Part shown: positions 26,501-38,700 of the stretch, piece after piece | How positions within the stretch are numbered: position 1 is the stretch's first letter | How the letters are laid out: each line of letters opens with the position of its first letter | Notes under the pieces: generated by a model | The model's input: only the letters and a program-made list of their open reading frames with translations | Databases searched by the model: none | What the model was told of the DNA's origin: nothing | Position numbers and translations under genes: made by a program | NCBI GenBank assembly: GCA_004764695.1 | Contig: SMSO01000004.1 | Location: 1,674,001-1,738,000 of the forward strand | Source: Schizochytrium sp. TIO01 | Lineage: Eukaryota; Protista; Bigyra: Labyrinthulomycetes | DNA length: 64,000 nt | Reading direction: 5' to 3'

Positions 26501-28510
26501 AACAAATCAACTTATATAGAGAAAGAAAAAAAAAGAGAAAAAGAAGAACGGTGAAAATAAATTCCGCGAGCGCGGAGTGACCAAAGAAACCTCATGCGAT
26601 GATCACGATGTCTCAAAGATTACGGCAAGAGGAGTTCACAAAGCTTGAGCAGATACAGTACAGAATATTCATTCGGTCTGGGATTTGCTTGTTATTCCTG
26701 CTGACGCTTGCGAGAGAATGGATAAGAAACTCCGCAAACAATCCGCCTTTTTCTCTGAGTCAGTCTGTCTGCATCCGTCGTTGTGGCGTCAGAAGAAGTC
26801 CGATCTGCTGCAGGAATTAGGTAGGCAGCCAGCTGCCAATGACAATAGCTAACTTACTTGGCCTTGCGATTGGTTCGTTTTCAAGACATCGGATTGGTTC
26901 CTGAGAAGTTCCTCCCTTCGTTTTTGTTTCCATCTGAAAATGAAAGCAGCGGAAAGCACAGTCAATGAATAAATGAACGAAATAAATACATAAAGCCATT
27001 CTTTGTGTCATGGACCAAGCCGCTAGTTATTGACGCCTGCCCCAGCTTGAACAAGCTTGGGTACCTATCTACTACTTGCACAGCGCAGGGTTTCCCGACT
27101 TACGAATTAACGGGGAAGCTTCTTTGTTGATGCTGTGTTGATGGGTTGACGTATCCTCCAATTGCTTACTTGCATACTCGCTTCCTTGTCTGTCTGCTAC
27201 ATTTTGCTCACCCTTCGTGGCCCACGAGGATATCTTACAACTGCGAAGTCAGGTTTCCCCGGACGCCTTGTGGTGAGCAATCACGAGCGCGAAGATCAGG
27301 CCATTGGCAGCTCGAGCTTCCGCGGCAATGTGCACGCGAGACAAATAGTCTAGTATACATTCTCGATGCTGGAAACTGCAGCCAAGCCGACGATTACTTG
27401 AAAACCTTAAAGTTATCAATCGCCTCTAAATTTTCACTCGAATCATGTGCAGCTCAAACTTGTTGTGGCCGCAAGAGCTTCAGATAGCAGCTGTGTCGAT
27501 GAAAGAGTCGATTTTATAGAACAAGAACTCCACGAGTCCTCGTTTCTGTCCGCAACAACAAGCAGTAGGATCACCAAATCTTCCCCTTCGGTTGCCGCGT
27601 TCTTCGCGGCACTCGAGTACGACTTGTTCAAGTACAGCCATGCATTCTTGCGTGTCCTTGGGGAACTTTCCTTTGCTCTTGGCTTTGTCGCGTTCACGAG
27701 ACTCCAGGCGATTGGCGCTTGCTGCATTTGCCGCTAGCGCAATCGTCGTACAAGCCAGAATGCGCTCTTACAGCGAAGCTTGCTCATGCATGCACCATCC
27801 AGGGTCATGACGACATTCCCTCACGGCTGAGGAGCTCGAGTCTGCGTACAATCGTTCAACTCGAAGAAAGAGGATCAGGCTCCTCGAATTGAAGCATCAA
27901 TTCAATAAATTGACATGAATCGACACGAACAGCGAAACTGCAGTGACATCACAATCAATGGTCTCCCTTAAACTTCAAAAGGTCCAGGCTCTCGGACACG
28001 GTGAGTCAGGTCTGCTCCACAGGTCAATCTCCTTCAAGATCTTGGCGCAGGGCGATTGCGCTGCAAGCAATGCCTAATCAACCGCATCCCGCCGCCTCTC
28101 AAGCTCGTCACTGTCCTGCTCTGCTTGGGCTGCCATGCGTGCGAGCGCTTGCAATTCCCTCGCAAGCCTTGGGTGCTCAGCTTGCGTGGACATGCGTGGC
28201 GTTTTCGTGACTGTTGAGATTAATTAATTAGCCCAAGCACACTGATACCCTCCCTGCGTTGGCTGGCGCTGTCTGTTCTCAAGAGGAAGAAAGACCTCCC
28301 ACGATTGCGACACCTTCCGCCTCTCCGGAGAGACGGGATTCAAGTTCTTCTTCCAGCTCCAGCTTGTTGGAATAATATCTGCCAATTCGGTCGCTCTGCA
28401 AAGTATCAGGCACGCCTAAAGCAGGCCGACGATGCGACGCGATCGATGCCCTTGGTTTAATGAACTTGGAGCATGAGTTCACAACGACAACATCAGTAGC
28501 GACAACAGCG

Positions 28511-28553
28511 ATCAAATCAAATCAAATCAAATCAAATCAAATCATATCAAATC
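28511..28553. repeat. (ATCAA)~8 pentanucleotide SSR
   Basis: Read directly, with one variant unit. Confidence 0.93.
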
Positions 28554-29952
28554 TTTTGATATAAGTAGAGCACCTGGGTACTACTTTACAATACTTACTT
28601 TATAAAATATTCACACATGAGAGACAAAACAACAACTAGTAAGCATACGAAGTACCCGCCGAAAAGAAGACTTGGCTGCTGGCTTTGGCCCCCCTCGTTT
28701 TACAAAGCGAGAGCTCTCTGTGGAGCGAATAAGAGGGCATCATCGGATTGTGAGATTAAAACTCGAGGAAGCTCGCCATTCAGCGGCAAGCTCTGCGAAA
28801 GACGGTGCCTGCCTCGTGGCGCCTTTCAACGGGCGTCGTCGCTTGGCACTTCGTTCAACCTGCAGCCACGCTTCTCCGGGGCTCTCCTAGGGAAGGCTGA
28901 GGCTGCTGGGCAGGTCAGGCGTGCGCGAGTGCGTGCGTGCATGCATGCGTGCATTCTCAGTCCAGGCGTCAGAGTTGTTGAATTTGGTGACACTTTGCTC
29001 ACACGACGCAGGCGGCAGCAATGCGCTCCCACAAAGTGTGTATGTGTATGTATATGTGTGTGTTCACTTCAGCACCACTGCTTTCGAAGTCATCGATTGC
29101 GAAACGAAGGCTCCGCGAGCTCTTATCTGCTCAGCGGAATCGCAAATGCGGTTATTCGTATTCCATAAATTGAGCGCTGCGCACCCCGGGCGGCCATCTT
29201 TGCTTCGCTTTGATCGACGGCGACTATTTCCGGGTCGCTGCTGTTGATTTATCCTCCTGCTACGCCCGCTTGCTGTGAAGGGAGGGAGGTCTCCACGTCC
29301 AAGCGATGGTGGGTGGGTTGTGTCTTGGCTATATCCTGCTGCCTTGAAGTTAGTTTATGAGATTTATGCACTCGATGCTTTAAAAGTAAAGCAAATAAAT
29401 CGTGCCCAAAGAACTAAAAGATAGAAAGAAGTCATGTAAATTAGAGTAGCGAAACTCCACGGGAGCTGCAGAAGGCCCCGCCAGAGCGTCTGAGCACCCG
29501 CCCCCTTGAAGGCTTCAGCGGTTGTCGCTGATCTCTGTCTTTGTCCTTTGTCCTGAGGCAGTGCTTCGAAGTCTTCAGCCAGTGCTCATTTGTTTGTTAC
29601 CATTCTCCTTGTCTTTCAATCTTCTATTTCTTCACTCGACGGTGTGGAATCACTTTGGGAACCGTGCTTTGCAAAAAAAAGCTCAGTAATGAAGTGAGTA
29701 AAAGTCAAAGTCATTCTGCCTCAAAACTTAGGCTCCGCCGACTCGTCGTGTGTTGGTTGGTTTCGTTTCGGAGGTTGGGTTCGCACTTAGCACTCGTTGC
29801 GTTCCCCTCGCGTACGCTTTCGGTACTGCCTTCTCTTCCTGTCTCCCGCCGCTCAAGTTCTCAAGGAAGAACTCGAAGGACAGCGCGATCTCTCCAGCCT
29901 CGCCCCATCTCCCGATCGTTCCTCTCTTCTATGCTGGCATACATGGTAGTCT

Positions 29953-30004
29953 TAATAATAATAATAATAATAATAATATTAATAATAATAATATTATTAT
30001 TATT

Positions 30005-30039
<35 letters not shown>

Positions 30040-30041
30040 AT
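29953..30041. repeat. (AAT)n-(ATT)n-(AGT)n compound SSR containing a 28-bp palindrome
   Basis: Read directly. The palindrome spans 29979-30006. Confidence 0.93.
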
Positions 30042-30254
30042 AGGAAGTGATGTAGAGTAGTTTTTTGGTTTGTAGTATCTGCGCAGTGTCTGATAGATAT
30101 GATCGCAGCGACAATCGAGAAAGCTCTTCACACTTGTTTACTTGAGACATTCTGAGTGAGTGAGTGAGTGAGTGAGACGATGGAAAGAAAAGGAGGTTAT
30201 TATGAGTTGGAAAGATTCATCTTTTTAGGTGTTGCGGTTGATTAGATGCTGCGC

Positions 30255-30327
30255 TTGTTTGTTTGTTTGTTTGTTTGTTTGTTTGTTTGTTTGTTTGTTT
30301 GTTTGTTTGTTTGTTTGTTTGTTTGTT
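30255..30327. repeat. (TTTG)~18 SSR
   Basis: Perfect tract read directly. Confidence 0.97.
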
Positions 30328-30854
30328 GCCCGGAATTGCGCGAGTGGGATGATTCTGAAAACCGCGTTCTTGAACTGTTATCGCAACTTACCCCAAACAG
30401 TCCAGAATAATTATGTAGGTACAAATTGCCTAACCTTTTGAATATCATCAAAAGTATGACTGACGGCAGCTGCGATTCAAGAAAGAGGAGTCACAGCAGC
30501 AGAATATTTCACTTCGTGATTAATCTTCATTCAAGTCGCGAAACAGAACATCGCAGAGTGGGTGCGGAGATGGGGTGTTTTTGTCGAAGCTCATTAGGAC
30601 AACCAGCGCAAATAGATTAACCCAACCCCCAACCCCCAACAAGAAAAAACAAAAATAAAGAAAAACAGTAATATTACTAAGTAGATACCTCAGGCTAGAT
30701 ACTTTTCATATATGTTACTACATTAGAAAACTGTGTGTGGGGGGGGCGAAGTTTTTACTGCTCCTTTCTATTAAACAAATGAAATTTTATTTTTCAAGAA
30801 AAAACCAACAACAAGAACGAGAAGCCTAAAAGAATAGAGATCGTGGCTGTAACT

Positions 30855-30856
30855 TT

Positions 30857-30920
<64 letters not shown>

Positions 30921-30921
30921 T
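30855..30921. repeat. (TTTC)~16 SSR, polypyrimidine tract
   Basis: Perfect tract read directly. Confidence 0.97.
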
Positions 30922-31337
30922 TCCTGGAGCTCCTTTTCATACCTCAACTCTGCTCAGCTCTTCAAGATCATGATTGATCGGTGCGTGCCGCATCTGAGAA
31001 AAGCAAAGACTGAAAGCATATAATAGCAAAGAGCAACGCACGGAATGAATGAATGAATGAATGCGGTTCCAATCCTGAATCCTGCCTGAGTAGCATCATC
31101 ATCATCCTGGTTCCCCATCTTGCGCCCTCCATCAAGCAGGCAGGTCAAAAAAGTAAAGCGCCCTTTCTTCGCCGTCGCAGTCTCGGCAATGTTCTCATGC
31201 TTCCGCTCACTCACGATGCCTTCGAGCGAGATCATCCTCGTCGTGGTCTTCAGCAGTTCCTTCGAGACAACCGAGAAGCGCTTTCTTCTCTGCGCGAAAC
31301 ACCGTCTGCTCACTCATGCCATTCCATTCCTGAGCAC

Positions 31338-31450
31338 GTAAGGAAAGTAAGTAAGCAAAGTAAGCAGGCAGCTTATTAGAGGGTGAAAAGGTAAGTAAGC
31401 AGGCAAGCACAGTAAGTATAGTAAGTATAGTAAGTTTAGTAAGTATAGTA
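31338..31450. repeat. GTAAG-rich array including (AGTAAGTAT)4
   Basis: Ten GTAAG pentamers in ~110 nt. Confidence 0.85.
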
Positions 31451-31788
31451 TACTTCGGAAGTTCGCCATTCAGTCAGCCTTCCCCGGCGTTCGAGAGAGT
31501 GGGCTCTATCTACTCTATCGAAAGGCAGGCATAAGAGAGAGGCCTGACTGCTTAGAAAGGAGAAACGACGAAGACAACAGCCATCGCATGAGCTGAGTAT
31601 CGGCAGCATTCATCAAATCAATTGATTTTGATTGATTTTGATTGATTTTGATTGATTGATTCGCTCTGCTGCGCTCTGGCCCGTTCCGAGGCTTCCGCAA
31701 GAAGTCGCGAGCAAGACCCGTGCTGAGAGAAAGCAAGTCGAGGACAGGAAGCTACGCAGGGAGCGACAGCGACGTCTCCACCATTCCA

Positions 31789-31791
<3 letters not shown>

Positions 31792-31827
<36 letters not shown>
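31792..31827. repeat. Poly(T)36
   Basis: Read directly. Confidence 0.95.
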
Positions 31828-31832
<5 letters not shown>

Positions 31833-33321
31833 GTTTTAAACAATAATAATTAAAAACAATTATGTAGAAATTTTATTATACATTAACAATCTAAAAGTTG
31901 TTTAAAGCAATATTTTTTTTTTTAATTTTGAACTTAAGAAAGGAATATTGTGATAATTAAAATAATAATAATAGTGTGTTATGATAAGGAGTAATTTAAA
32001 AAAAGAAATAAAGCCATTAATAATTCTTGCTTTCAATTTGCGTTTTGAAAGAGTTAATAAGCACCTCCGACTGATCTTTTGTTCTTAAGTACACGACACT
32101 GCTCTTCTGAAATGAATGCATGGTGATATGTAGAACACTAGAATCAGCCTTGACAAAGCGACGTTTTCATTCTACTTGGTGCTAACGAAGGTTGGTATGT
32201 GTGGCCCGGATTAGGGGTGTTGACTCATATTCAGGAAATCTCCTTATCTTTTTACTTTTACATTTATTATTATCATTATTATTATTTGAAAGTGTACAAA
32301 CTCAAAATGAATAAATAACGATGTGAATTAGTTACTACACTGTTGCGGGAACCTTTTTCTTGAAAGACCCGCGTCGGAAACCAGGCTTTCTTCTCTCCTG
32401 TTTCCCCCCTTTTATCTGCCATCCTCCCTCACTTTCTCCCTCTAGTCGAGTCGACAGGTGTGACCCATTTATTTAGCTAGAGTGACTATCTATATCTATT
32501 CAACGATCAGGTAGCCTTATTATTGGAGGAAGAAAGATTTACATAGAGATGAAAGAAAAAAAATAGAAAATAGGTTGCCTATCTACGTGTAGATAGGGCT
32601 ACAAAGCATATAGCAAAAAACATGAACATTCTACTGGAGAAGAAAGAGTTATTGCTTGCTCGGCAAGTTGAGCGCCAACGTAGTGTTTGTTTCGAACGTA
32701 TGCATCATACTTCTTCCAGTGGGACTGAAAGATGACGGAGCCTTTTTTTGATTCGACGTCCAGCTTGAAAATTCGAAACGGAATTCAATTAAATAAAGTT
32801 AAGAGAAGCAACGAAAGGTACCGCCGCTAAAGGAGGGTTTCCCGCATCATAACGTGTGCTAGCGCCTACTAGCTAGGCAGTCACTCGCAGATCAATCGTC
32901 TCATTCATGTCTGTAAAAATGCACACCTAGTATTTTTCTACTACCTGTATGCATCAATGATTTAATTATAATTAATTAATTACTGTATATTTGTATGTAC
33001 GTCACCACCACGGTGGCGGAGAACTTGGAGTGGCGTAATCTTCGTAATCTTAGCCTGGTCTCGATTCTAGAGACGAGTTTGGATTGCGGAAAGGGCTTTG
33101 ATCAAATGTTGAGATTGATTTTGACTTGATTTTACGTATGCAAGGCAATGGACTTGAAGCCGAAGTTGAACTTGATTGATCGATAGAGTCACCAGGCAAG
33201 AAAAGAGGAGAGGAGGAGTCCATCAGTCCAATGATGGCCAGAGATTGGTCCAGGTCACACGGACTGCGCTCGATGTACTCAAAGTAACTGACTATATAGC
33301 TCCAAATGCAAAGTAGAACGA

Positions 33322-33576
33322 GTGAATGAGTCTAGGAATGAATGAATGAATGAATGATTGAATGAATGAATGAATGAATGAATGATTGATTGAATGAATC
33401 AACGGAGCAATGAATCAGCCTATTCCTGGGTACAAATGGATTCGTGTGAAGCGACCACTCGCAGCATCGTTACTGCTCCCTCGATCGCTTCTTGGCTTGA
33501 TTGATTGATTGATTGTTTGTTTGTTTGTTTGTTTGATTGATTGATTCATTGCATTGCATTGCATCGCATTGATTGC
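33322..33576. repeat. SSR cluster: (GAAT)n, then (GATT)n-(GTTT)n-(GCATT)n
   Basis: Read directly. Two compound tracts separated by ~95 nt of unique sequence. Confidence 0.9.
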
Positions 33577-33624
33577 ATGACATCTGCGTCTCCAGGTTTC
33601 TTCATTTGACCCGAGATCACGACA

Positions 33625-34053
33625 ATGTGGAGAGATGGCTTCCCGACCATGATTTGCGAACAGAGTGCGCTAACTCTAGCAAGACATCTGTTCGCGCAGT
33701 CAGACGCCTTGAGGCACGCATTGGAGTCCTCCTGCACCGCCTTCAAAACCACGGATGGCTTTGCAGACCACCTCGACCTCCACTCGAAACTTGCTTCAAG
33801 TTTGCCACGGATAGACCCTGTTGCATTACGCGCAGCAAAGGCCGTCTCCCGAAGGATCGCAGAAGGCATCTCGAGTCCAGTTCTGGCAAAACGCCGAGTA
33901 CAAGGAAGCCTTGGGGGAAGAGTGGCGAAACAACTCATGATCGAAGCTGCCTTCGCCGTCGCCATGAACACAAGGAAGGACACCAAATTGGCAGACTGCT
34001 TCAACTTCCTTCCTCTCCTATCTCGACGACATGATCTTGCGCAAGCAACTTGA
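33625..34053 (+). CDS. Candidate small orphan protein (142 aa), unverified
   Basis: ATG with A at -3, no low-complexity sequence, Ala/Leu-rich helical-looking composition and many C-ending codons. No recognisable domain. Overlapping frames are also open. Confidence 0.25.
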   Translation: MWRDGFPTMICEQSALTLARHLFAQSDALRHALESSCTAFKTTDGFADHLDLHSKLASSLPRIDPVALRAAKAVSRRIAEGISSPVLAKRRVQGSLGGRVAKQLMIEAAFAVAMNTRKDTKLADCFNFLPLLSRRHDLAQAT

Positions 34054-35127
34054 AGTCGCTGCTTCAAAATGGCACCTCGAAAGCGCAACTTCAAGCAGTG
34101 GAGACCTCGAATTCTTGCACCATTCCAGTTCTTCTGAGGTCGACGCTTTGAATGCTCTTTGAAATAAATGCACGATCGCCGACTCTCGAAGTTAATCGAT
34201 CAATCAGTCAATCAGTCAATCAAACCATCAACTTCATTCTTCTGGACCAAAGGCGCCTCAAAGCTAAGCAAAGCAAAGCAAAGCAAAGCGCATTTTTCTT
34301 CTTCTTCTTCTTCTTCTTCTTCTTCTTCTTCTTCACACCTCAACTGTTGTTCTTGCCATGGTAGCTAGTAATCGCTATTTTACATGTTTTTTAAAATATT
34401 GATTAAAAATGAACAAAATTGTACAGAAAAGCACGAACGGCTAAGTTTGGAAAGAACCAACGATTGATACATATAAATACATACATAGACACTGACTTCT
34501 ACTATATATAAAGAATAGCGAGGCTGAGGAGGAAGGAAGCGAGGAAAGCACGCGGAGCTTCCAACCTTATACGTCTGTCTCTTCTTATACCTCGGTACCT
34601 ACCTGCCTGCCTGCTCAGCTTCTTCTTCTAACTGCCGCCCATGAGGCCGCTCGGTGTTCGATCTTCTTCCCTGCTGCAGAGAACTTGCTTGCTTTCCTTG
34701 ATCCGTGCCGTGCTGCGCAGGTGTTTCGAGTCGCGTTGGTCAACTTTCTTCAACGAATGCCCCGAAAAGCAAGGCAAGGCTGGAGTTTCCCTCCTTCTTT
34801 GTAGCGAGCCCCTGCTGTTCTCGCTGTTCTTAACGTCGTTCCTTTCTCAGATCGTGCTGTTGAGAGATAGTCAATTTTCTCTTTCGTTTTACTGGGTGTT
34901 TACTTACCAAAGGGTTTCAAAGAACACTTTGCGCCTTTCTTTTCCTGTTTCGTAAAGAAAGAGTTGCTTTTTAAAGCGAATACTTCTTTTTAAAACGAAG
35001 AGAGAAAAAGAATCCCATGGTTACATTTAAATACATTTAAAAGGAAGGATGGAGTCAATCAAAACATATTTATCGAGCGCGAAATAAAATGAGCTCCTGT
35101 TTATTTTAGTGTACAGCAGCACTTTCC

Positions 35128-35214
35128 AGAGAGAAGAGAAAGAGAGAAAGAGAGAAAGAGAGAAAGAGAGAAAGAGAGAAAGAAAGAAAGAAAGAAAGAG
35201 AGGGAAAAAAGAAG
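35128..35214. repeat. 87-nt pure purine tract (GAGAGAAA)n-(GAAA)n
   Basis: Read directly. Confidence 0.92.
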
Positions 35215-35462
35215 TTTTTAGCAAGTTAACTTGCTTTGAGGGGTTAAAAGAAAATAGTAATTACTGTAGAACAAGTCGAATGGCCTCAAACAAAACCGTT
35301 TGTGCTCTTCAAAAGGCAGCCATGGCCATGAACGCTCCCATCTCGACATCTCGAAAGAAATCTGTGCACCGCAAGTTGGACTGTTTGGCGAAAGGAGGAG
35401 AGAGAGCTGAGGACAGCGGGGTTCGAGATACTGGAGTGCCCTCGCTCCGCCATCAGTCGCTG

Positions 35463-35546
35463 CAAACAAACAAACAAACAAACAAACAAACAAACAAACA
35501 AACAAACAAACAAACAAACAAACAAACAAACAAACAAACAAACAAA
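35463..35546. repeat. (CAAA)21 SSR
   Basis: Perfect tract read directly. Confidence 0.97.
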
Positions 35547-35729
35547 GGCGGCGGCCGCGGCTTTCCTCGGGATCGCAGCTCGCCTCCCTCTGCGCTGCTC
35601 GCAACCTTCAGCTTTCCATGGCCGATGAATGAATGAACGTCCAAAAAGGTGGGTGTTCTGATAAAAGCCACGCAAAGCAAAGCGAAGGTCGAAGAAGCGC
35701 CATTTATCAATGGTAAAAAGAAGCACTAT

Positions 35730-35764
<35 letters not shown>

Positions 35765-38700
35765 TCTATTAATCTTATTTTATAGTTGCTTTTCAAAATG
35801 CGAGCGAGCAATTTCATCAATGGAAACAAAAATAAATAAACAAATAAACAAATAAACAGCGAAAGTATTCTCTGAGGCGAAATTAATTTTCCCATCCACT
35901 GTGGAATGGAAACCTTTGCTCCATATTGAAACCTCGGAAAACTGAACGCATAGACTCATGGGGGTATGCTTGTTGGTAGTGCTCCGAGCGTGCAGTGAGT
36001 AAATCGGCTTGCGAATAGCGCCCTACTACAGGTTTAAGCTGCAGAGGCACGACCCGAATTCCGAGGCGAAGCGCCACTCTACAGTCGTCGCAGTTTGAGG
36101 AAGAAAGCGACCGCCTGCAGGAACTTGCCACCAGAGCGTGAAAAGATAGTTGGGCTGAGACAGGTACTCGTTGCTGTCTTCCTGCTCTTGGATTCACTCG
36201 TTGAAAAAGGTTTGTTTCACGATGTCAATTTGCTTTTTGTTATTTTCGAGAGAGGCGAAAATAAAATGAGATGCAGCTGGCTGAAAATGTTTAGTTTTCA
36301 TTGATGATTGCAAAAGGTGTATGTAATAAAATCAGAAATATCGGCTACTGCTGCCACATAAAGGTGCTTAGCGCTTTGGGAGGAGGGGGTTGGGGGTGTC
36401 AAGGACGAAGGAATCAATGCATTTTCTTTGTTACATAGAATAACAAAGAAAATCGAAAAAGGTCTTACAATATCATGCATGCATGCATGTTTAAGAATCA
36501 CTGCCGTTTTTTTAAACTTTTTTCTTTTTCTTTTTTCTATAATTTTGCTCCGAGGAACCCGCACTTTAAGCAACGGGCTGAGGAAGCTCTGTTGAGCCCC
36601 ATGGATTCCAAGAAAGCGGAAAGGAGCCTGGAACCTGCAGCATTGTGCTCATTTAGTTCACTTCGAACCTTGAGAGCATTTGTTTACGTCTTAGGGAGGT
36701 CGTAGCCGTTCTCGAGCTACAATTGATGGATTAATGGCGAGCTTTCTATGCAGTAAGAGCAAACAGGAGATAGACAGCCAGCAAGCTTCATTTCCCCATC
36801 TTGGTGGCAGTGAAAGTTCAATCGACCTTTTGTTGATGGTGTTTCGTTTCATTTCACGCCGTACAGGTCTCTCCTTAAGGTTTGAATGAGCGAAGAAGGG
36901 AATGGATTTTATTGAATTTACTTGATTATAATTGATCAATCCTATTGAGCAGAAGAGCAGCTCGAATCAGGTCCTGGTCAGGGCAAAGTGATGGCGCTAG
37001 ATGCCTTGCGAGATTGATTTGAGAGATTTAGGGCAGAAGAAAAACGCGCGGGAGCTCGCGAAGGCTTTGTTTGGTTGCTTGGGCAGGCATGCTCCACATA
37101 TACATATTTAATATTTATTTTAAACATTATTATTATTTAAATTAAACTTTTGTTTAATCTCAAATTCATGTATTTATTAAAAAAAGAAGAAGAAAAAAAA
37201 AGATTGATTTTATTGTGAGGAGCAGTTCACGGAAAACATGGATGCGTATTGCCCAAGGTTTGCAAGCAAACGTACTCTGAGTGGTTGATTGCTTTTGACT
37301 CAGGCTAAAAGACTTTAATGAGTTACCTCTGGTTAGTGGGTGGGGGCGCATGTATGTATGTATGTATTATTCCCAAGCCACCAGCGAAGTGCCAGGTATG
37401 CCCATGCAAACCAACTAACTATATGGAGTGGGAGGTGAGAGAGAAAAAGAGGAGAAAAGAAACTTTAAAAAAGTAAAATTTGGTAAAATTCTCTTCCCTC
37501 CCCTATAAATAAAAAAAAAAATTAAAAAAAAATTAAAATGTAATAATAAATAAATAAATAAATAAATAAACGAAGAAGAAGGTTTGCAAACTCTTGCTCG
37601 ACATCCATTGTGGTGATGATGGTGGTCACAGCAGGGCCTCCACATTTATGCTTGCCAGCCAGACGGACAGAGACGGCTGCAGACAGCTCGAAGGCCCACC
37701 TCCCTTCAGTCGTCCATTGTGTCGGCATCCTTGAACCAAGACGACTCTTCAACATTGGGTTTGCAACTGTTTTTTTTGGAGACGGAGCAGGTATTCGTTA
37801 CTTCCAATCCTTTACTACTTTGAAGGAAATGCTGTGGATCGATTGCAGGATTCAATTGGTTGAGCCTTGAATGAGTGAAATGCCTGTGAAGGAGATGTTT
37901 GTTTCCCAGCCTTGATTTTCCGGTTTCTTTCACTCATTCACTCATTTATCCATGGATTCATTCAGGCAGCAGGCAGTCAGGCAGCAGGCAGGCAGGCAGA
38001 CAGACAGACTGGAGAGGAAATCTGTTGCGTTCAATTCGATGGTTAATCTATCTATCTTAAAGCACCTTCAAAGCCTGGTGCGGACATCAGAGCTAAGCTC
38101 CGTCTAAGGGAATCTGTCCTCAGAAATAGGGGAACCCCACCAGTGAACCATTTGAAGAATCTGTAAATTATCTTCAAGTTCATCCATCAAGATGATGAGT
38201 GTTTCAATTTCACGAGCCACCGGCAGGTTTCTGCCGCGCTCAACGCTTCTTCACAAAAGACGCGGGTGAGCATGAGCACGTACTTCGTACCTACTTTACC
38301 CGGCTTCATCACTGATGATCAGGAAATTACAAAAGGTGTGTACTAACTTCAGTTTGCGAGCTTTGAACGGACGGACTCCGCAAAAAGGGGCGTGCGCCAC
38401 GATTTACGGGCGCAGAAGAGTAATAGAGATTGAGTAGGCGGTACGCTACTTCCTTCCGCTGGGAAGGACAAGAGCGAAAGGTGCGGAGGGATCTTGGAAT
38501 TGCTGGACAAGCATTCACTCTCGGACTTTCAAACTCAATCAGCTCTGATGATTGCGAACTATAGATCGACGAAGTTTGGAGGAGGCGATATACGCACACA
38601 TGCTTGCTTGCATACCTACCTTCCCCGACGAGTTGCCTTGATGGCATTTCAGGGAAGCGCTCGAGCTTGATAATCTTGCGCAGTGCGTTGGATCGAATCC

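Noticed and set aside
38312-38326. Hammerhead-like core CTGATGA...GAAA
   Set aside because: There is no stem II and no convincing stems I and III.
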